DNA of 64,000 nucleotides from an uncultured virus (IMG/VR IMGVR_UViG_3300042463_000956). Taxonomy: Duplodnaviria > Heunggongvirae > Uroviricota > Caudoviricetes. The translations under genes and the position numbers were made by a program. The notes under the pieces were generated by a model. It was not told the origin of the DNA. It was given only the letters and a program-made list of their open reading frames with translations, and searched no databases. Below, piece after piece: positions 1 through 10,208 of the stretch (position 1 is its first letter; every line of letters starts with the position of its first letter). The DNA is taken from the IMG/VR virus record IMGVR_UViG_3300042463_000956, positions 1-64,000 of that record; one strand, 5' to 3'.

Positions 1-509
1 AGGTATAGGTAGTTTAACTAAAAAAGTATTAGGTGTTTTTGGTTATACCGATGAAGCAATGGAGGCTGTTGCTAAAAATGTTGATGTTGACGTTATTGTT
101 AAAAATGGTATTGACACTTTAGAAACAACAGCTAGAAAACAAGGTATCGATATTGCAAACGCTAGTGAAGATCAATTACTTAAATTATTTGACGAATCAC
201 CATCGTTAAAAAATGAAATTGAGACTTTATATCGAAAAGCAACAAAAGATGTGGCTGATAAATTAATTGCTAATCTAGGTATTTTACCTTCGGAAATTAC
301 CACTTTAGTTACACAAGCGACAGCAATTAAACTACATCCATCTATGGCACAAAGAGCTTCAGACCTTTATGGTGATATAGGAACAAGATTAGATAATTTA
401 ATCGATGAAACACAAAAAACTGGTAAACAAATACCAAAAGAATTACAAGAATTAAAAGATTTGATTACAGCTAAACAAATTGAAGCTGACGAAATGGTTA
501 ATTTTAAAA
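1..509 (+). repeat. Direct repeat copy 1 (paralog N-terminal module)
   Basis: Identical to 3644 onward for the first ~125 nt; high similarity continues to gaaatggttaattttaaaa. Confidence 0.9.
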
Positions 510-1498
510 CAAAAAAACCAAGTAACGTTAGTCAAAATATATCTAAAAATGTTAGCTCTGAAGCTGACCCACAAGCTTATTTAAAAAACTTATCTTACGA
601 TCAATTAGCAACTAAGTTAGATTATAATACCGGTTGGGTTTCAAATGGGATATCACCAAAAATTATGAGTGGCTGGAAATTTCATGTTTTTGGCGAAGAT
701 TTAGTAGATAGTGTTTTTCTTAAAGAAAAACTATGGCCAGTAACACAAAAGTGGAATGCAGGTGCTAAAGTTGGTGGTATTAAACATACAGATGGTGTAA
801 CATATCCTAGTATGCAACCAGGCGGAGTTCAATATGGAAAACAAGGCGCTACAATTTATATACCTGTTGATGTTATTAATAGTGGAAAACAACAAGAAAT
901 GTTATCCGACATACAAAATGCAATTGCTGGTTATAAAAAAGGTGGTAACATTTCTGGAGATCAAGCAATAACACCGTCTATCCATTATAGATACGAATTA
1001 TTAGGTCCAGTACCAAAAGAAGGTATTGATATGAAAACATACGATGTAATGTATAACAAAAATTCAGGAGGACCATATAAACCAGATGATGTTGAAGATT
1101 TGTTTACGAAAAAATTAGGTGGTGACCAAGGTTCAAATATTGCTAAGCCGCAAAATCTTGTTAGTACAGGATTTTTAGGGTCAAAGTTTGGAGATACAAG
1201 TGATATAAATTGGGGCTCGATAACAAATGCTAAGGATATAAAACGCTATGACGATCTTATTGATGAAGCAATGAAATCAGGGAACTTTAATTCAATATCG
1301 AGAGGTGGGTTTGAAGCATATGGTATCCCAAATTTTAGAGAATATTTAATGAATATTTATAATAAAGAAAAAGGAGTTACTTCTAATTCACAAACACCAA
1401 TAAATATAAATAGACCAAAAGAAGGTCCAAGTAATTGGTCGGACTATCAATACCCAAATAGAGGAAATAACCCATATTATGGTTCAGGTTCAAATTAA
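1..1498 (+). CDS. 5'-truncated putative internal virion protein; N-terminal part paralogous to 3567..4946, followed by a lanthipeptide-synthetase/OspF-type phospho-Ser/Thr lyase-like domain
   Basis: Frame is open from the window edge. Nt 1-509 is near-identical to 3644-4158. Motifs SGWKFHV, GKQGATIYIP and ISGD..IHYRYE match the RamC/LanKC lyase pattern GWKIHVS..GKFITIYP..ILSD..YYRYG. Confidence 0.6.
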   Translation, partial: GIGSLTKKVLGVFGYTDEAMEAVAKNVDVDVIVKNGIDTLETTARKQGIDIANASEDQLLKLFDESPSLKNEIETLYRKATKDVADKLIANLGILPSEITTLVTQATAIKLHPSMAQRASDLYGDIGTRLDNLIDETQKTGKQIPKELQELKDLITAKQIEADEMVNFKTKKPSNVSQNISKNVSSEADPQAYLKNLSYDQLATKLDYNTGWVSNGISPKIMSGWKFHVFGEDLVDSVFLKEKLWPVTQKWNAGAKVGGIKHTDGVTYPSMQPGGVQYGKQGATIYIPVDVINSGKQQEMLSDIQNAIAGYKKGGNISGDQAITPSIHYRYELLGPVPKEGIDMKTYDVMYNKNSGGPYKPDDVEDLFTKKLGGDQGSNIAKPQNLVSTGFLGSKFGDTSDINWGSITNAKDIKRYDDLIDEAMKSGNFNSISRGGFEAYGIPNFREYLMNIYNKEKGVTSNSQTPININRPKEGPSNWSDYQYPNRGNNPYYGSGSN

Positions 1499-1505
1499 TT
1501 AAATT

Positions 1506-3527
1506 ATGGAAAAACAAATTTTATTAGAATTACAAAGAATGAAACAAATAATGGGTTACGATAGAAGTAATCCTAGTAGTGTTATATTTGAACAAGATTT
1601 AAAACTTGATAACTATGTTGACGCAGTTTCTGGAACAAACGATATAAAAAATCAACCTAAGTCAAAAGTTGGTACATTTGACGAATATGGCGTTTTAGAA
1701 ATTGGACCGGAATCGAATAAAAAATACCCAACAATAATGGCAAAACCAATTAAAATTGTTTATGACCCATACGTCGGGGAGCCACAAATTAAAAGATTTA
1801 AAGTAGGGACAACAGCAAAGAACTTTATTTCTGAAGTAAAAACTTTTGGTCTAGGCGAAAAATTATCTGACGGAACACCGGCACCAGAAGGTGTTGAGTA
1901 TATTGAGAAGAATAATAAAAAATATTGTTTACCAAGTAAAGAGTTTTGGGATGATGTACACGTTAAGGAACAGTACATATATCAATTTACAAACCCTAAA
2001 ACTAATTCAATTTTTACGATGAGGTTAAAATTATCGTCCGCAGGACAAGCATTTATTGACGGTGTTGCAATGTCAGGGGCTGAAGCCGCTATGAAATGTA
2101 AAGGAGGGAGGAATGGTTTGAATTTTGAAATAACACAAAATGGTATGGCCTTTTTCAAAAAAGGATCTGGAGAACCTTATGAATCAGACCCAAAAGAAAC
2201 TGAAACAATTTCTGATTTTGATACTTGGTGGGATTCTGGTTGGGGTATTGCAATTGAAATTGGTGTTGGTGTTCTAGCCTCACTTGTTACTGGTGGTTTA
2301 GCGGGTGTATTATTAACAGCAGCAAGAGCTGGTAGAATTGTTGGTCTTTTAGGAAGAACAATTTTAGCTCTAGATAAAATGAGATATCTTGGTGGTGGTG
2401 TAACAATGTTAACTGTATTAACAGAATCTTTAGTTGAGGCGGGATTAATGATTCCTATTGCAGTATATCAATTTAGTAGAGGAAAAGATTCTGATGGTGT
2501 ATTATCAATTGCTCTATCATTTTTACCATTTTTTACGAATGTACCAGCTGTATCAAAATATATTAAAAGTGGTAAAATATTTAGAAAAAGTGATGCCGAA
2601 ACAATTATGCAAAAAGTTACCCAAGAAGGTGGTTTTGAAGTTTTGGATGCGTCTAAAGAAAAAACCGCAAATTTTCTTTTAAGTTTAACACCAGACCAAC
2701 AAGAAATGTATAAGGCAGCTGTTACTATGTTAAAAGAAAGTCCAGATGATTTTAGTAAGGGTTTAATTGAGGTTTTAAATAAAGAAGGTGATAAGATTAC
2801 TGAAGGAATTGCAAAAAATAAAAAATTAGATAAAACAGCTTTAGAAAAAGTAGCAGAAGTTGCAAAAGAGAATGTTAGTATTAGAAGTGGTACTGGTATT
2901 TTACCACAATTTGTTAGGGCTGGAATACCAATTGCAGGACTATTTGTGTTGCCAACAGTATTCATATTTGATTACTTCAAATCCGTAGGTTTATCAGAAA
3001 AAACAGCTGGTGAACTAACAAATCAATTTGGTGAAACAATTGAGGGTTCTAAATATTTGGCGAAAATAAATACATTACACGAAAAATTAGGTCTTGGTAT
3101 AGAAACAACAAATGAAGTTGTTTTAGATACTCTTAAAAAACAAATCGCCGAAAATCCAAATATGATTAAAGAAATTATTGCTAGTGATGCCGTACAAAAA
3201 AAATATTTTAATCAGGATAAAATCAATAAAGACGCAATGGAAATTGTAAAGGCAGAACAAAAAAAATATAAGGACGCATTTCTTGGTGGACAAACAAATG
3301 AAACTATTATTTTAGATATAATGGATGAAATTGGTATAATGGACAAACAAATTGCAATTATTGAAAAAATAAACACAAAAAACTACGACGTTGAAAAATG
3401 GGATGATACGTCAAATAATACAAATTGGAAATTTACAACAACGGACGGAAAACCTGGTCTTGTTAATTTCTTAAAAGATGGTACTTTTGAAGTATTAATT
3501 AACAACATTAATATTTTTAATAGTTAA
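1506..3527 (+). CDS. Hypothetical protein, probable internal/ejected virion protein with hydrophobic helices
   Basis: 673-aa ORF; N-terminal ILLELQRMKQIMGY motif shared with other late genes; central Gly/Ala-rich hydrophobic segments. Confidence 0.6.
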   Translation: MEKQILLELQRMKQIMGYDRSNPSSVIFEQDLKLDNYVDAVSGTNDIKNQPKSKVGTFDEYGVLEIGPESNKKYPTIMAKPIKIVYDPYVGEPQIKRFKVGTTAKNFISEVKTFGLGEKLSDGTPAPEGVEYIEKNNKKYCLPSKEFWDDVHVKEQYIYQFTNPKTNSIFTMRLKLSSAGQAFIDGVAMSGAEAAMKCKGGRNGLNFEITQNGMAFFKKGSGEPYESDPKETETISDFDTWWDSGWGIAIEIGVGVLASLVTGGLAGVLLTAARAGRIVGLLGRTILALDKMRYLGGGVTMLTVLTESLVEAGLMIPIAVYQFSRGKDSDGVLSIALSFLPFFTNVPAVSKYIKSGKIFRKSDAETIMQKVTQEGGFEVLDASKEKTANFLLSLTPDQQEMYKAAVTMLKESPDDFSKGLIEVLNKEGDKITEGIAKNKKLDKTALEKVAEVAKENVSIRSGTGILPQFVRAGIPIAGLFVLPTVFIFDYFKSVGLSEKTAGELTNQFGETIEGSKYLAKINTLHEKLGLGIETTNEVVLDTLKKQIAENPNMIKEIIASDAVQKKYFNQDKINKDAMEIVKAEQKKYKDAFLGGQTNETIILDIMDEIGIMDKQIAIIEKINTKNYDVEKWDDTSNNTNWKFTTTDGKPGLVNFLKDGTFEVLINNINIFNS

Positions 3528-3566
3528 CTTTTTTAAAACCGATAATATTTATAAATAAAAAAAAAT

Positions 3567-4946
3567 ATGAAAAATAAAGGAAATTTACTAGTTGAGGTTA
3601 ACCGAATCAGAGAAATGATGGGGTTAAATTTAATTATGGAACAAGGTATAGGTAGTTTAACTAAAAAAGTATTAGGTGTTTTTGGTTATACCGATGAAGC
3701 AATGGAGGCTGTTGCTAAAAATGTTGATGTTGACGTTATTGTTAAAAATGGTATTGACACTTTAGAAACAGCAGCATTAAAAAAAGGTATTGATATTGCA
3801 AACGCAACTGAAGATCAATTACTTAAATTATTTGACGAATCACCATCGTTAAAAAATGAAATTGAAACTTTATATCGAAAAGCGACAAAAGATGCTGCAG
3901 ATAAATTAATTGCTAACACACCAACGGGTATTTTGGGTGTGGAAATTACTAATTTAATTACAAGAGCAACCGCAACTAAATTACACCCGTCAATTGCACA
4001 AAGAGCTTCAGACCTTTATGGTGATATAGGAACAAGCTTAGATAGAGTAATTAATCAACTTCAAAGACAAGGTACTCCAGTACCAAAAGATTTACAAGAG
4101 TTAAGAGATTTGATTACAGTTAAACAGCTTGAAGCTGACGAAATGGTTAATTTTAAAAGGCCAACTAGTGCTCCAGGTGGTTTTAAACCAGATCCAGGTG
4201 GTGTTAAAGTTGATGACCCACAAATACCTGGTAAGAAATATCAAGTAGGTATGGATCCTGAATTTGATTCTGCTTTTGATTTTGGTCTTAGTTCGGCAGC
4301 ATTTAAATTAAGTGATGAACAATCTGATAAACTTAGACAAGTTTTATATAATATATACAAACAAGGTAATTTAACTCTAACACAATTTTATAAGCAATTT
4401 GAAGATTTAGGACAAAAACTAGCTAAGTCTTCAGATGAAAGAACTGCTTCTTTTGGTAGAAAAATTTTAAATTTACTTAAAAAAGTTGCTGGTGCTTGTG
4501 GTAAAGACCTTAAAATAACGATTAAAACATTATGGATTGCACCTAGTTGTGCTTTAGGTTTTTGGGGTTTACTTACCGCCTTATCTTTGGGTGGTGATAT
4601 TATTGGTATAGATAATAATTTTTGGAAAGGTTTGCCTTGCGCTTTTGGGTCAATAGTTGAAGGTATTGGTGGTGATGGTGAACTACAAGGTTTTTGGAAA
4701 GATATGTGTGATGGTGGAGGTAAATTCTGGGAAAGTGATAACACTTCTAAAGAACCAAAAATAGAGGACGCTAAAGCTTGGATTGGCACTTTAAATGGTG
4801 TTGGTGAAGATTTAGAAGGTTTGTCTGTTACAGATCTTAAAAAGGACCCAAATGGTGTTAAAAATATGTATATAGCAACATTATCTGATGGTAGATCACA
4901 AAAACTATTATGGGACCCAACAACAAAAAATTTCACACCGCAATAA
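3567..4946 (+). CDS. Hypothetical protein, probable internal virion protein; paralog of the first ORF with an unrelated C-terminus
   Basis: 459-aa ORF; preceded by ATATTTATA; LLVEVNRIREMMGL leader. Confidence 0.65.
   Translation: MKNKGNLLVEVNRIREMMGLNLIMEQGIGSLTKKVLGVFGYTDEAMEAVAKNVDVDVIVKNGIDTLETAALKKGIDIANATEDQLLKLFDESPSLKNEIETLYRKATKDAADKLIANTPTGILGVEITNLITRATATKLHPSIAQRASDLYGDIGTSLDRVINQLQRQGTPVPKDLQELRDLITVKQLEADEMVNFKRPTSAPGGFKPDPGGVKVDDPQIPGKKYQVGMDPEFDSAFDFGLSSAAFKLSDEQSDKLRQVLYNIYKQGNLTLTQFYKQFEDLGQKLAKSSDERTASFGRKILNLLKKVAGACGKDLKITIKTLWIAPSCALGFWGLLTALSLGGDIIGIDNNFWKGLPCAFGSIVEGIGGDGELQGFWKDMCDGGGKFWESDNTSKEPKIEDAKAWIGTLNGVGEDLEGLSVTDLKKDPNGVKNMYIATLSDGRSQKLLWDPTTKNFTPQ
3644..4158 (+). 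repeat. Direct repeat copy 2 (paralog N-terminal module)
   Basis: Matches 1-509. Confidence 0.9.
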
Positions 4947-4967
4947 AATAAAGAATTATTAACTAAT

Positions 4968-7325
4968 ATGTCTCAAATTATAAATGAAGCCCACGTAACT
5001 GGAAATTGTAGAGGTAAAGGATACACTGAGAAAATATCCTCAACTTCAGCAAAACCAGTATGGTATGAACAAGACGCCACAAGATATCAATATTGTGAAG
5101 ACGGTGTTGGTTCATCAAAACGATATTATAGAAAAACAAAAAGTGTAACCCCAACACCAACACCAACTGGAACAAGAGTTACACCTAGTCCAACACCAAC
5201 ACCAAGAGTTACACCAGTCCCAACTACAACATATTCTGTATGTTCTGGACCAACTTATTCAAATGGTTGTAAAGATAGTGGAGCACCAAATCCTAATGGT
5301 CCTATATATAAAGTACAAGGATGTATTGGTGCATCACAAGATAGTAAATTTGGGCCAAAAACTGAAAAAGCTCTTAAATTAAAAACTGGTAAAACAACTT
5401 TTAGTGATGATGATGTTTCTACAATATGTAGTGGTTCTCCAAATCAAGATAATCAAAACCAAGGTACTCAAGGTGGTAAAATGACACCAGAAAAACAAAA
5501 AGAATTTTTTGATAAATTAATTGATACTGGAAGAATTAATGACGGTTACATTCAAGAACTTAAACCTAATTCTGATTTAGCAGCTAAAGACGGTTCAATT
5601 TATAGATATTGTTACATTAAGAAATTTGAATGTACAAGAAATGAGCAAGGAAAAATAACAGCAATCGGAAATGGTACACCAATTTCTGGAAAAGCTGATG
5701 TGACATATTCACAAGAAAATTTGTTTGTAATATTATTTCCTGATTTACAATATGGTTATATGGAAAAAAGAGGTGAAATTATTACAAATCCGTCTTATAC
5801 TTGGTCACCAGGTGATGCTTCAGCTTCTAATGTCTTTTTAGAATCAAAAAGAAGAAGAAAATTAAGTGAACAAAAAATCGACTTTGCACCGATACTCGGT
5901 AGTTCTTGGAATTTCAGTCCAAGTAACACAACTAGTCAAAGTTCAAGTAGCACAACTAATCAAAGTTCAAGTAGCACAAGTGTTCCAAGTAATTTTAATG
6001 AAGTGGAAGAGACTGAAAAAGTTATGCGTCCTATAAAAGAAAAAGCTTTAAAACTTATTGACGAATGGGATAATAGTAATTCAAAAAAATTGGCTATTAA
6101 TCCAGCTAAAGGTAAGATTAATACCGAAATTGATAATGCAAGAGCACAAATACAAGGAAAAAATCCTAAAGATTTTTGTAGTCCAGAAAATAAAGCTGAA
6201 TTAGCTAAAGCAAAAGAAGATGTTGCAAAAAAGAAAGCGGAATTGGGTTTTGCTTTAACTAAAGAAGATGAATCATATATGAGTCAATTAGAATCTTTAT
6301 TAGGTCAAGTTGAATCACAATGTGCTGTAATTGAAAGGAAAAAAAGACAATCACAAAATACTAGTGGTAACCAAGGTTCTGGAAGTCAAGGTTCTGGAAG
6401 TCAAGGTTCTGGAAGTCAAGGTGTAACAACAGTTGTTACTGGAAGTAGAAAAGATGAACTTAGAAAATTATTTGGATTTGTTGATGAAGATGGAAATACT
6501 ATGTCACCAAAAACAACAATAAGTAAAATGAATAAAAACCCAGAAAGAGGTTATGTTAGTGGTATGGGTAGTCTTCAGTATGCAATAAATAATTATGAAG
6601 CAAGATCCGAATGGTTTGAAGATTTCAACGAATTAATGGATGCTGAAGGATTGTCAGAATTTAAATTAAAATTCCCAGATAATTTTGAAGATGAGGAATA
6701 TGCTGGTGAAGAAATTGATAAAGAAAATTATTCTGCGTTAACACCAATTAAATCGGACGCTAAATCACAATATAAGAAATTTACTTTCGGAAATTTTTTT
6801 GGTAACGAATCAAGACTACCAATATTCCAAGTACAATCTGGAAGTGGTGAATTTGGTGTTAAAAAAACAAAATGTAGCGGTAACCCAAGACAAAAATTAA
6901 TTGATTATTTGAACGCAGCTTTAAGTGGCTCAATGTCTTTTAGAGGTAGTAATGAATTAGATTATTTTGAAAGATGTTTAGCAACAAATAAATTACAACC
7001 ACAATTTGAAAACGAAGGACCACTTAGAAGAAGTGATTTTACAGAAGTTGACCCAGATAAGTTACCATTTAACGCTTTCAACAACAAATTAGGATTAAAA
7101 GAAATTATAAGACTATTAAGAGGTGAAGAAGTAAATGGTGCTGAAATTGAAAATGGTGAATTAATCGATAAAGATTTTTACACAGAAAGATTTTCGGTTT
7201 ACGAATCAGTAAAAAAAACTGTTAAGAAAAATTTAAGTGAAGCAATAACAAAAAAGAAAAATTTAAAACTTACTGAATCTGCTTTAACTAAAATTTTAAC
7301 AAACATAAAAAGAAAAGGATACTAA
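4968..7325 (+). CDS. Large hypothetical protein with PT and GSQGS low-complexity linkers and a possible peptidoglycan-binding-like segment
   Basis: 785-aa ORF; IYKVQGCIGASQDSKFGPKTEKAL resembles the PG-binding DG.FGP.T..A motif. Confidence 0.55.
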   Translation: MSQIINEAHVTGNCRGKGYTEKISSTSAKPVWYEQDATRYQYCEDGVGSSKRYYRKTKSVTPTPTPTGTRVTPSPTPTPRVTPVPTTTYSVCSGPTYSNGCKDSGAPNPNGPIYKVQGCIGASQDSKFGPKTEKALKLKTGKTTFSDDDVSTICSGSPNQDNQNQGTQGGKMTPEKQKEFFDKLIDTGRINDGYIQELKPNSDLAAKDGSIYRYCYIKKFECTRNEQGKITAIGNGTPISGKADVTYSQENLFVILFPDLQYGYMEKRGEIITNPSYTWSPGDASASNVFLESKRRRKLSEQKIDFAPILGSSWNFSPSNTTSQSSSSTTNQSSSSTSVPSNFNEVEETEKVMRPIKEKALKLIDEWDNSNSKKLAINPAKGKINTEIDNARAQIQGKNPKDFCSPENKAELAKAKEDVAKKKAELGFALTKEDESYMSQLESLLGQVESQCAVIERKKRQSQNTSGNQGSGSQGSGSQGSGSQGVTTVVTGSRKDELRKLFGFVDEDGNTMSPKTTISKMNKNPERGYVSGMGSLQYAINNYEARSEWFEDFNELMDAEGLSEFKLKFPDNFEDEEYAGEEIDKENYSALTPIKSDAKSQYKKFTFGNFFGNESRLPIFQVQSGSGEFGVKKTKCSGNPRQKLIDYLNAALSGSMSFRGSNELDYFERCLATNKLQPQFENEGPLRRSDFTEVDPDKLPFNAFNNKLGLKEIIRLLRGEEVNGAEIENGELIDKDFYTERFSVYESVKKTVKKNLSEAITKKKNLKLTESALTKILTNIKRKGY

Positions 7326-7393
7326 GGATACTTGTTTGGTGTAGTTACCGAATAAGAATAAACCATCTAAAAGAAGGAGGTGTTTAAGTATCT
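7326..7393 (+). ncRNA. Small structured RNA/3' element carrying an extended Shine-Dalgarno sequence
   Basis: Closing stem GGATACTT/AAGTATCT, hairpin GTTTGGT/ACCGAAT, AAGGAGGTGTT at 7374-7384, then a terminator. Confidence 0.4.
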
Positions 7394-7396
7394 AGC

Positions 7397-7428
7397 AAGA
7401 TAGGAACTTCGGTTCCTATTTTGTTTTT
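7397..7428 (+). terminator. Intrinsic terminator
   Basis: ATAGGAAC-TTCG-GTTCCTAT followed by a T-rich tail. Confidence 0.85.
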
Positions 7429-7470
7429 CGACCTATTCATTTATTGTTTTTTTATTTTATATTTATTTTT

Positions 7471-9291
7471 ATGAATCAAACAATAGTAGAAACCGTATTT
7501 GAAAATAACATAACACCAGAATTAACCGTAGCACTTCCAGTTTACAATAGTAAAAGTATTGCTTGGATAGCTATAGAAAGTTTATGTGAACAAATCAATA
7601 TTGATTTTAATTGGGAATTAATTGTTTATGAAGAAAAACACGCACAATCTGTTTTTCCAGAACTAATTGATTTGTATATTGAAAAACTAAAATCCGTTAA
7701 TTGTTCAAGGATTATATACATAACAAATAATGAAAAAGTTTCATTAGTTGAAAAATGGATTGAAATTGGAAAAAACGTAAGTGAATCATCAAAATGTTTT
7801 TTACTTCAGGCTGCCGATTGTTATTCACCAAAAACAAGACTTAAAATAAGTTATGAAAAAATAGTAAATGAAGACTATGATTGGTATGACCAAACAAAAG
7901 GTTATTTCTATTCATTTATAAGTGATAGAGTTATTTTATACGACTATAAAGGTTTTACAAATCTTAATATGTCACTAAAAACGGAATACATCAAAACATT
8001 ACCGTTTTCACCATTAAAAAAGGGTATTGATGGGTACATATATAATCACTCAATAATTTCTTGTAAACAAGCTTCCAGAAATTTCAGAAGATATTTTGAT
8101 GATGAATTATATAATGATAGTGTTGATACACACGGTCATAATAATATAAGTCATGCCAGAGAATCATACTTTGATACAAAACCAAACATCTTTTCAAAAA
8201 CAAATTTAAGTGTTAATGACTTAGATTGGAATATTAATATAAAAAATTCAATAGATTCGACATCCATATACGAACTTACAATAATAATATCAACATATCT
8301 AAACACACAATATCTAGAAGAGTGTTTTGGTTCTATTATTAATTCAATTGGTGAAAAGAAAGTACAAGTCTTAGTTGGTATTGATTCTTGTTTAGAATCC
8401 AAAGAACATATTGAATCACATAGTTATCCAAGTTATTTTGAGTTTTTCTTTTTTGAAAAAAACAACGGGCCTTATATTGTGTTTAATACCTTATCTAAAT
8501 TAGCACTTTCAAAAAACCTTTTATTTTTTGGTTCAGATGATATTATGAATTTAAATATGGTTGAGGATTCGATTAATGGTCTTATGACCCACGACTGTGT
8601 AAAACCATATTATACAAATTTTATCGATGGAAAACCTTTTGATTCACAAACAAAAAAACACGTTGGTGAAGGTGTGTTTGCAATAAAAAAAGACATATTT
8701 GACTATATGAACGGGTTTGAACCCTGGATGTGTGCGGCAGATTCTGATTTTATGGCAAGATTATATGGTTTAAAACAATATAGATTTAAATTCACAAATA
8801 AAATTAATTTTTATAGAAGAATACATAAAAATGGTTTAACAAGTAGACCAGATACTGGTATGGGGTCAAAATTAAGGGCTCACTATGGAACTTTAGCAAG
8901 ACAAAGAAATTCTATTGGACCAATACAGAATATGGTGGTTGAACCATATGTTATAGTTCACCAACAAACACTAACAACACCAAGAAAAGAAATTACAAGT
9001 CCAAATATACCAAGAGCTGAAAAAAACATATCACCTTTAGCTTTACTACAAAATAAAAATTCCGAACCACAACCTATCAGGAACTACGTAAAACAAGAAG
9101 TTAAACAAACACCAAAATCACAAATAAAAGAAAGACCACCGATTAGTCAAGTAAAACAAGACTCCGAAACAGAAAAACCAATAGACAAAAATTCATTGGC
9201 AAATAAAGCAAAAGGTGTTTCAGTAAATAAAAAACCACAAACCCCAAAAGGTAAAGATTTTAATATTGGTAAAGATTCTTTAAGGATTTGA
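7471..9291 (+). CDS. Tandem GT2-like glycosyltransferase with a low-complexity C-terminus
   Basis: Two GT-A starts (LTVALPVYN; LTIIISTY), DxD-like FFGSDD, GFEPW..ADSDF. The ATG at 7471 is a likelier start than 7444. Confidence 0.75.
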   Translation: MNQTIVETVFENNITPELTVALPVYNSKSIAWIAIESLCEQINIDFNWELIVYEEKHAQSVFPELIDLYIEKLKSVNCSRIIYITNNEKVSLVEKWIEIGKNVSESSKCFLLQAADCYSPKTRLKISYEKIVNEDYDWYDQTKGYFYSFISDRVILYDYKGFTNLNMSLKTEYIKTLPFSPLKKGIDGYIYNHSIISCKQASRNFRRYFDDELYNDSVDTHGHNNISHARESYFDTKPNIFSKTNLSVNDLDWNINIKNSIDSTSIYELTIIISTYLNTQYLEECFGSIINSIGEKKVQVLVGIDSCLESKEHIESHSYPSYFEFFFFEKNNGPYIVFNTLSKLALSKNLLFFGSDDIMNLNMVEDSINGLMTHDCVKPYYTNFIDGKPFDSQTKKHVGEGVFAIKKDIFDYMNGFEPWMCAADSDFMARLYGLKQYRFKFTNKINFYRRIHKNGLTSRPDTGMGSKLRAHYGTLARQRNSIGPIQNMVVEPYVIVHQQTLTTPRKEITSPNIPRAEKNISPLALLQNKNSEPQPIRNYVKQEVKQTPKSQIKERPPISQVKQDSETEKPIDKNSLANKAKGVSVNKKPQTPKGKDFNIGKDSLRI

Positions 9292-9298
9292 TTTATTA

Positions 9299-9508
9299 AT
9301 GTATTATCAATATATTTTATTAAAAAATCATATGTACGTAATAATTAAACACATCAAAACAGAAAGTAAAAAAAGAGTTCCAGTAATCTTATTAAATACT
9401 CAAGGAGAAATTTGGGAATTTGATTCTCAAAAAATTGCCGAAGAGATGAGGGACATATTTGAATTAAACTCAGATTCAGGTCACAAATACGAAGTTAAAA
9501 AGATTTGA
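9299..9508 (+). CDS. Small hypothetical protein
   Basis: ORF with phage-like codon usage; start may be the internal ATG (MYVIIKH). Confidence 0.6.
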   Translation: MYYQYILLKNHMYVIIKHIKTESKKRVPVILLNTQGEIWEFDSQKIAEEMRDIFELNSDSGHKYEVKKI

Positions 9509-9514
9509 TAATCT

Positions 9515-9588
9515 GGTCCCGTAGCTCAGCTGGATAGAGCAACTGCCTTCTAAGCAGTAGGTCTTTGGTTCGAATCCAAACGGGATCA
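9515..9588 (+). tRNA. tRNA-Arg(TCT)
   Basis: Cloverleaf with acceptor GGTCCCG/CGGGATC, anticodon loop CT-TCT-AA, T loop TTCGAAT. Confidence 0.95.
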
Positions 9589-9683
9589 CTAAAAAAATAT
9601 TATGGAAGACATATTTGAACAAATACATAATGAATTTATAAATTCCGAAGATTATTTTTCATATCTTCAAGATATTTATTCTT

Positions 9684-10121
9684 ATGAAGAAAAAGATAAG
9701 ACTAACGGAATCTGAATTAATAAGACTTATTAAAAGGATTATTGAAGAAGAAAAGTACTCCGAAGAAGATATCAAGTACACCCACCCAATGACAGGTGAA
9801 GCCTGTAAAATCAAAGTTGCCAGAAATAAACTTACAAGTATGGAATTTAACCAATATGGGTCAATTCTTGTTTGTGTTGATGAAGAATATGGTGATGATA
9901 GAATTGAAGCTGAACTTCCAGTAAATGGAAGTACATCAGAAGAAGTTAGTGATTTTATATGTGAAAACTTAGAAAGGACATTTGAACTTTTAGATGATAT
10001 GTTAACTTACGAAGAAGAAGAACCAATATCAGAAGAAGTTTATAGTCAAAGGTGGGATATAATAGACCAACCAATTGTTTGTACAGACAAACCAAAAAAG
10101 AAAAAAAGTTGGGAATATTAA
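9684..10121 (+). CDS. Hypothetical protein with MKKKIRLTESELIRLIKRIIEE leader
   Basis: ORF preceded by GATATTTAT; conserved N-terminal motif. Confidence 0.75.
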   Translation: MKKKIRLTESELIRLIKRIIEEEKYSEEDIKYTHPMTGEACKIKVARNKLTSMEFNQYGSILVCVDEEYGDDRIEAELPVNGSTSEEVSDFICENLERTFELLDDMLTYEEEEPISEEVYSQRWDIIDQPIVCTDKPKKKKSWEY

Positions 10122-10152
10122 TAAAAACACTTGTTTATTAGAAAAAAATACC

Positions 10153-10160
10153 TATCTTTG
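10153..10160 (+). promoter_or_regulatory. Bacteroidota-type -7 promoter element TAnnTTTG. Others at 10907, 13661, 14093, 14846, 15758, 18430, 20070, 20293, 24025, 33417 and minus strand 51175-51182
   Basis: Recurrent TATCTTTG-type octamer just upstream of genes or tRNAs, usually with TTG/TTTG about 20 nt upstream. Confidence 0.75.
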
Positions 10161-10208
10161 TAACAGAAATTAAAACTTTTAGAAATAACGATATACTTAT
10201 AATAAAAA

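Noticed and set aside
9602..9715. Small ORF MEDIFEQIHNEF... and ORF 14708..14839 as further leader peptides
   Set aside because: No adjacent terminator/antiterminator pair and ordinary AT-rich codons; coding status uncertain.
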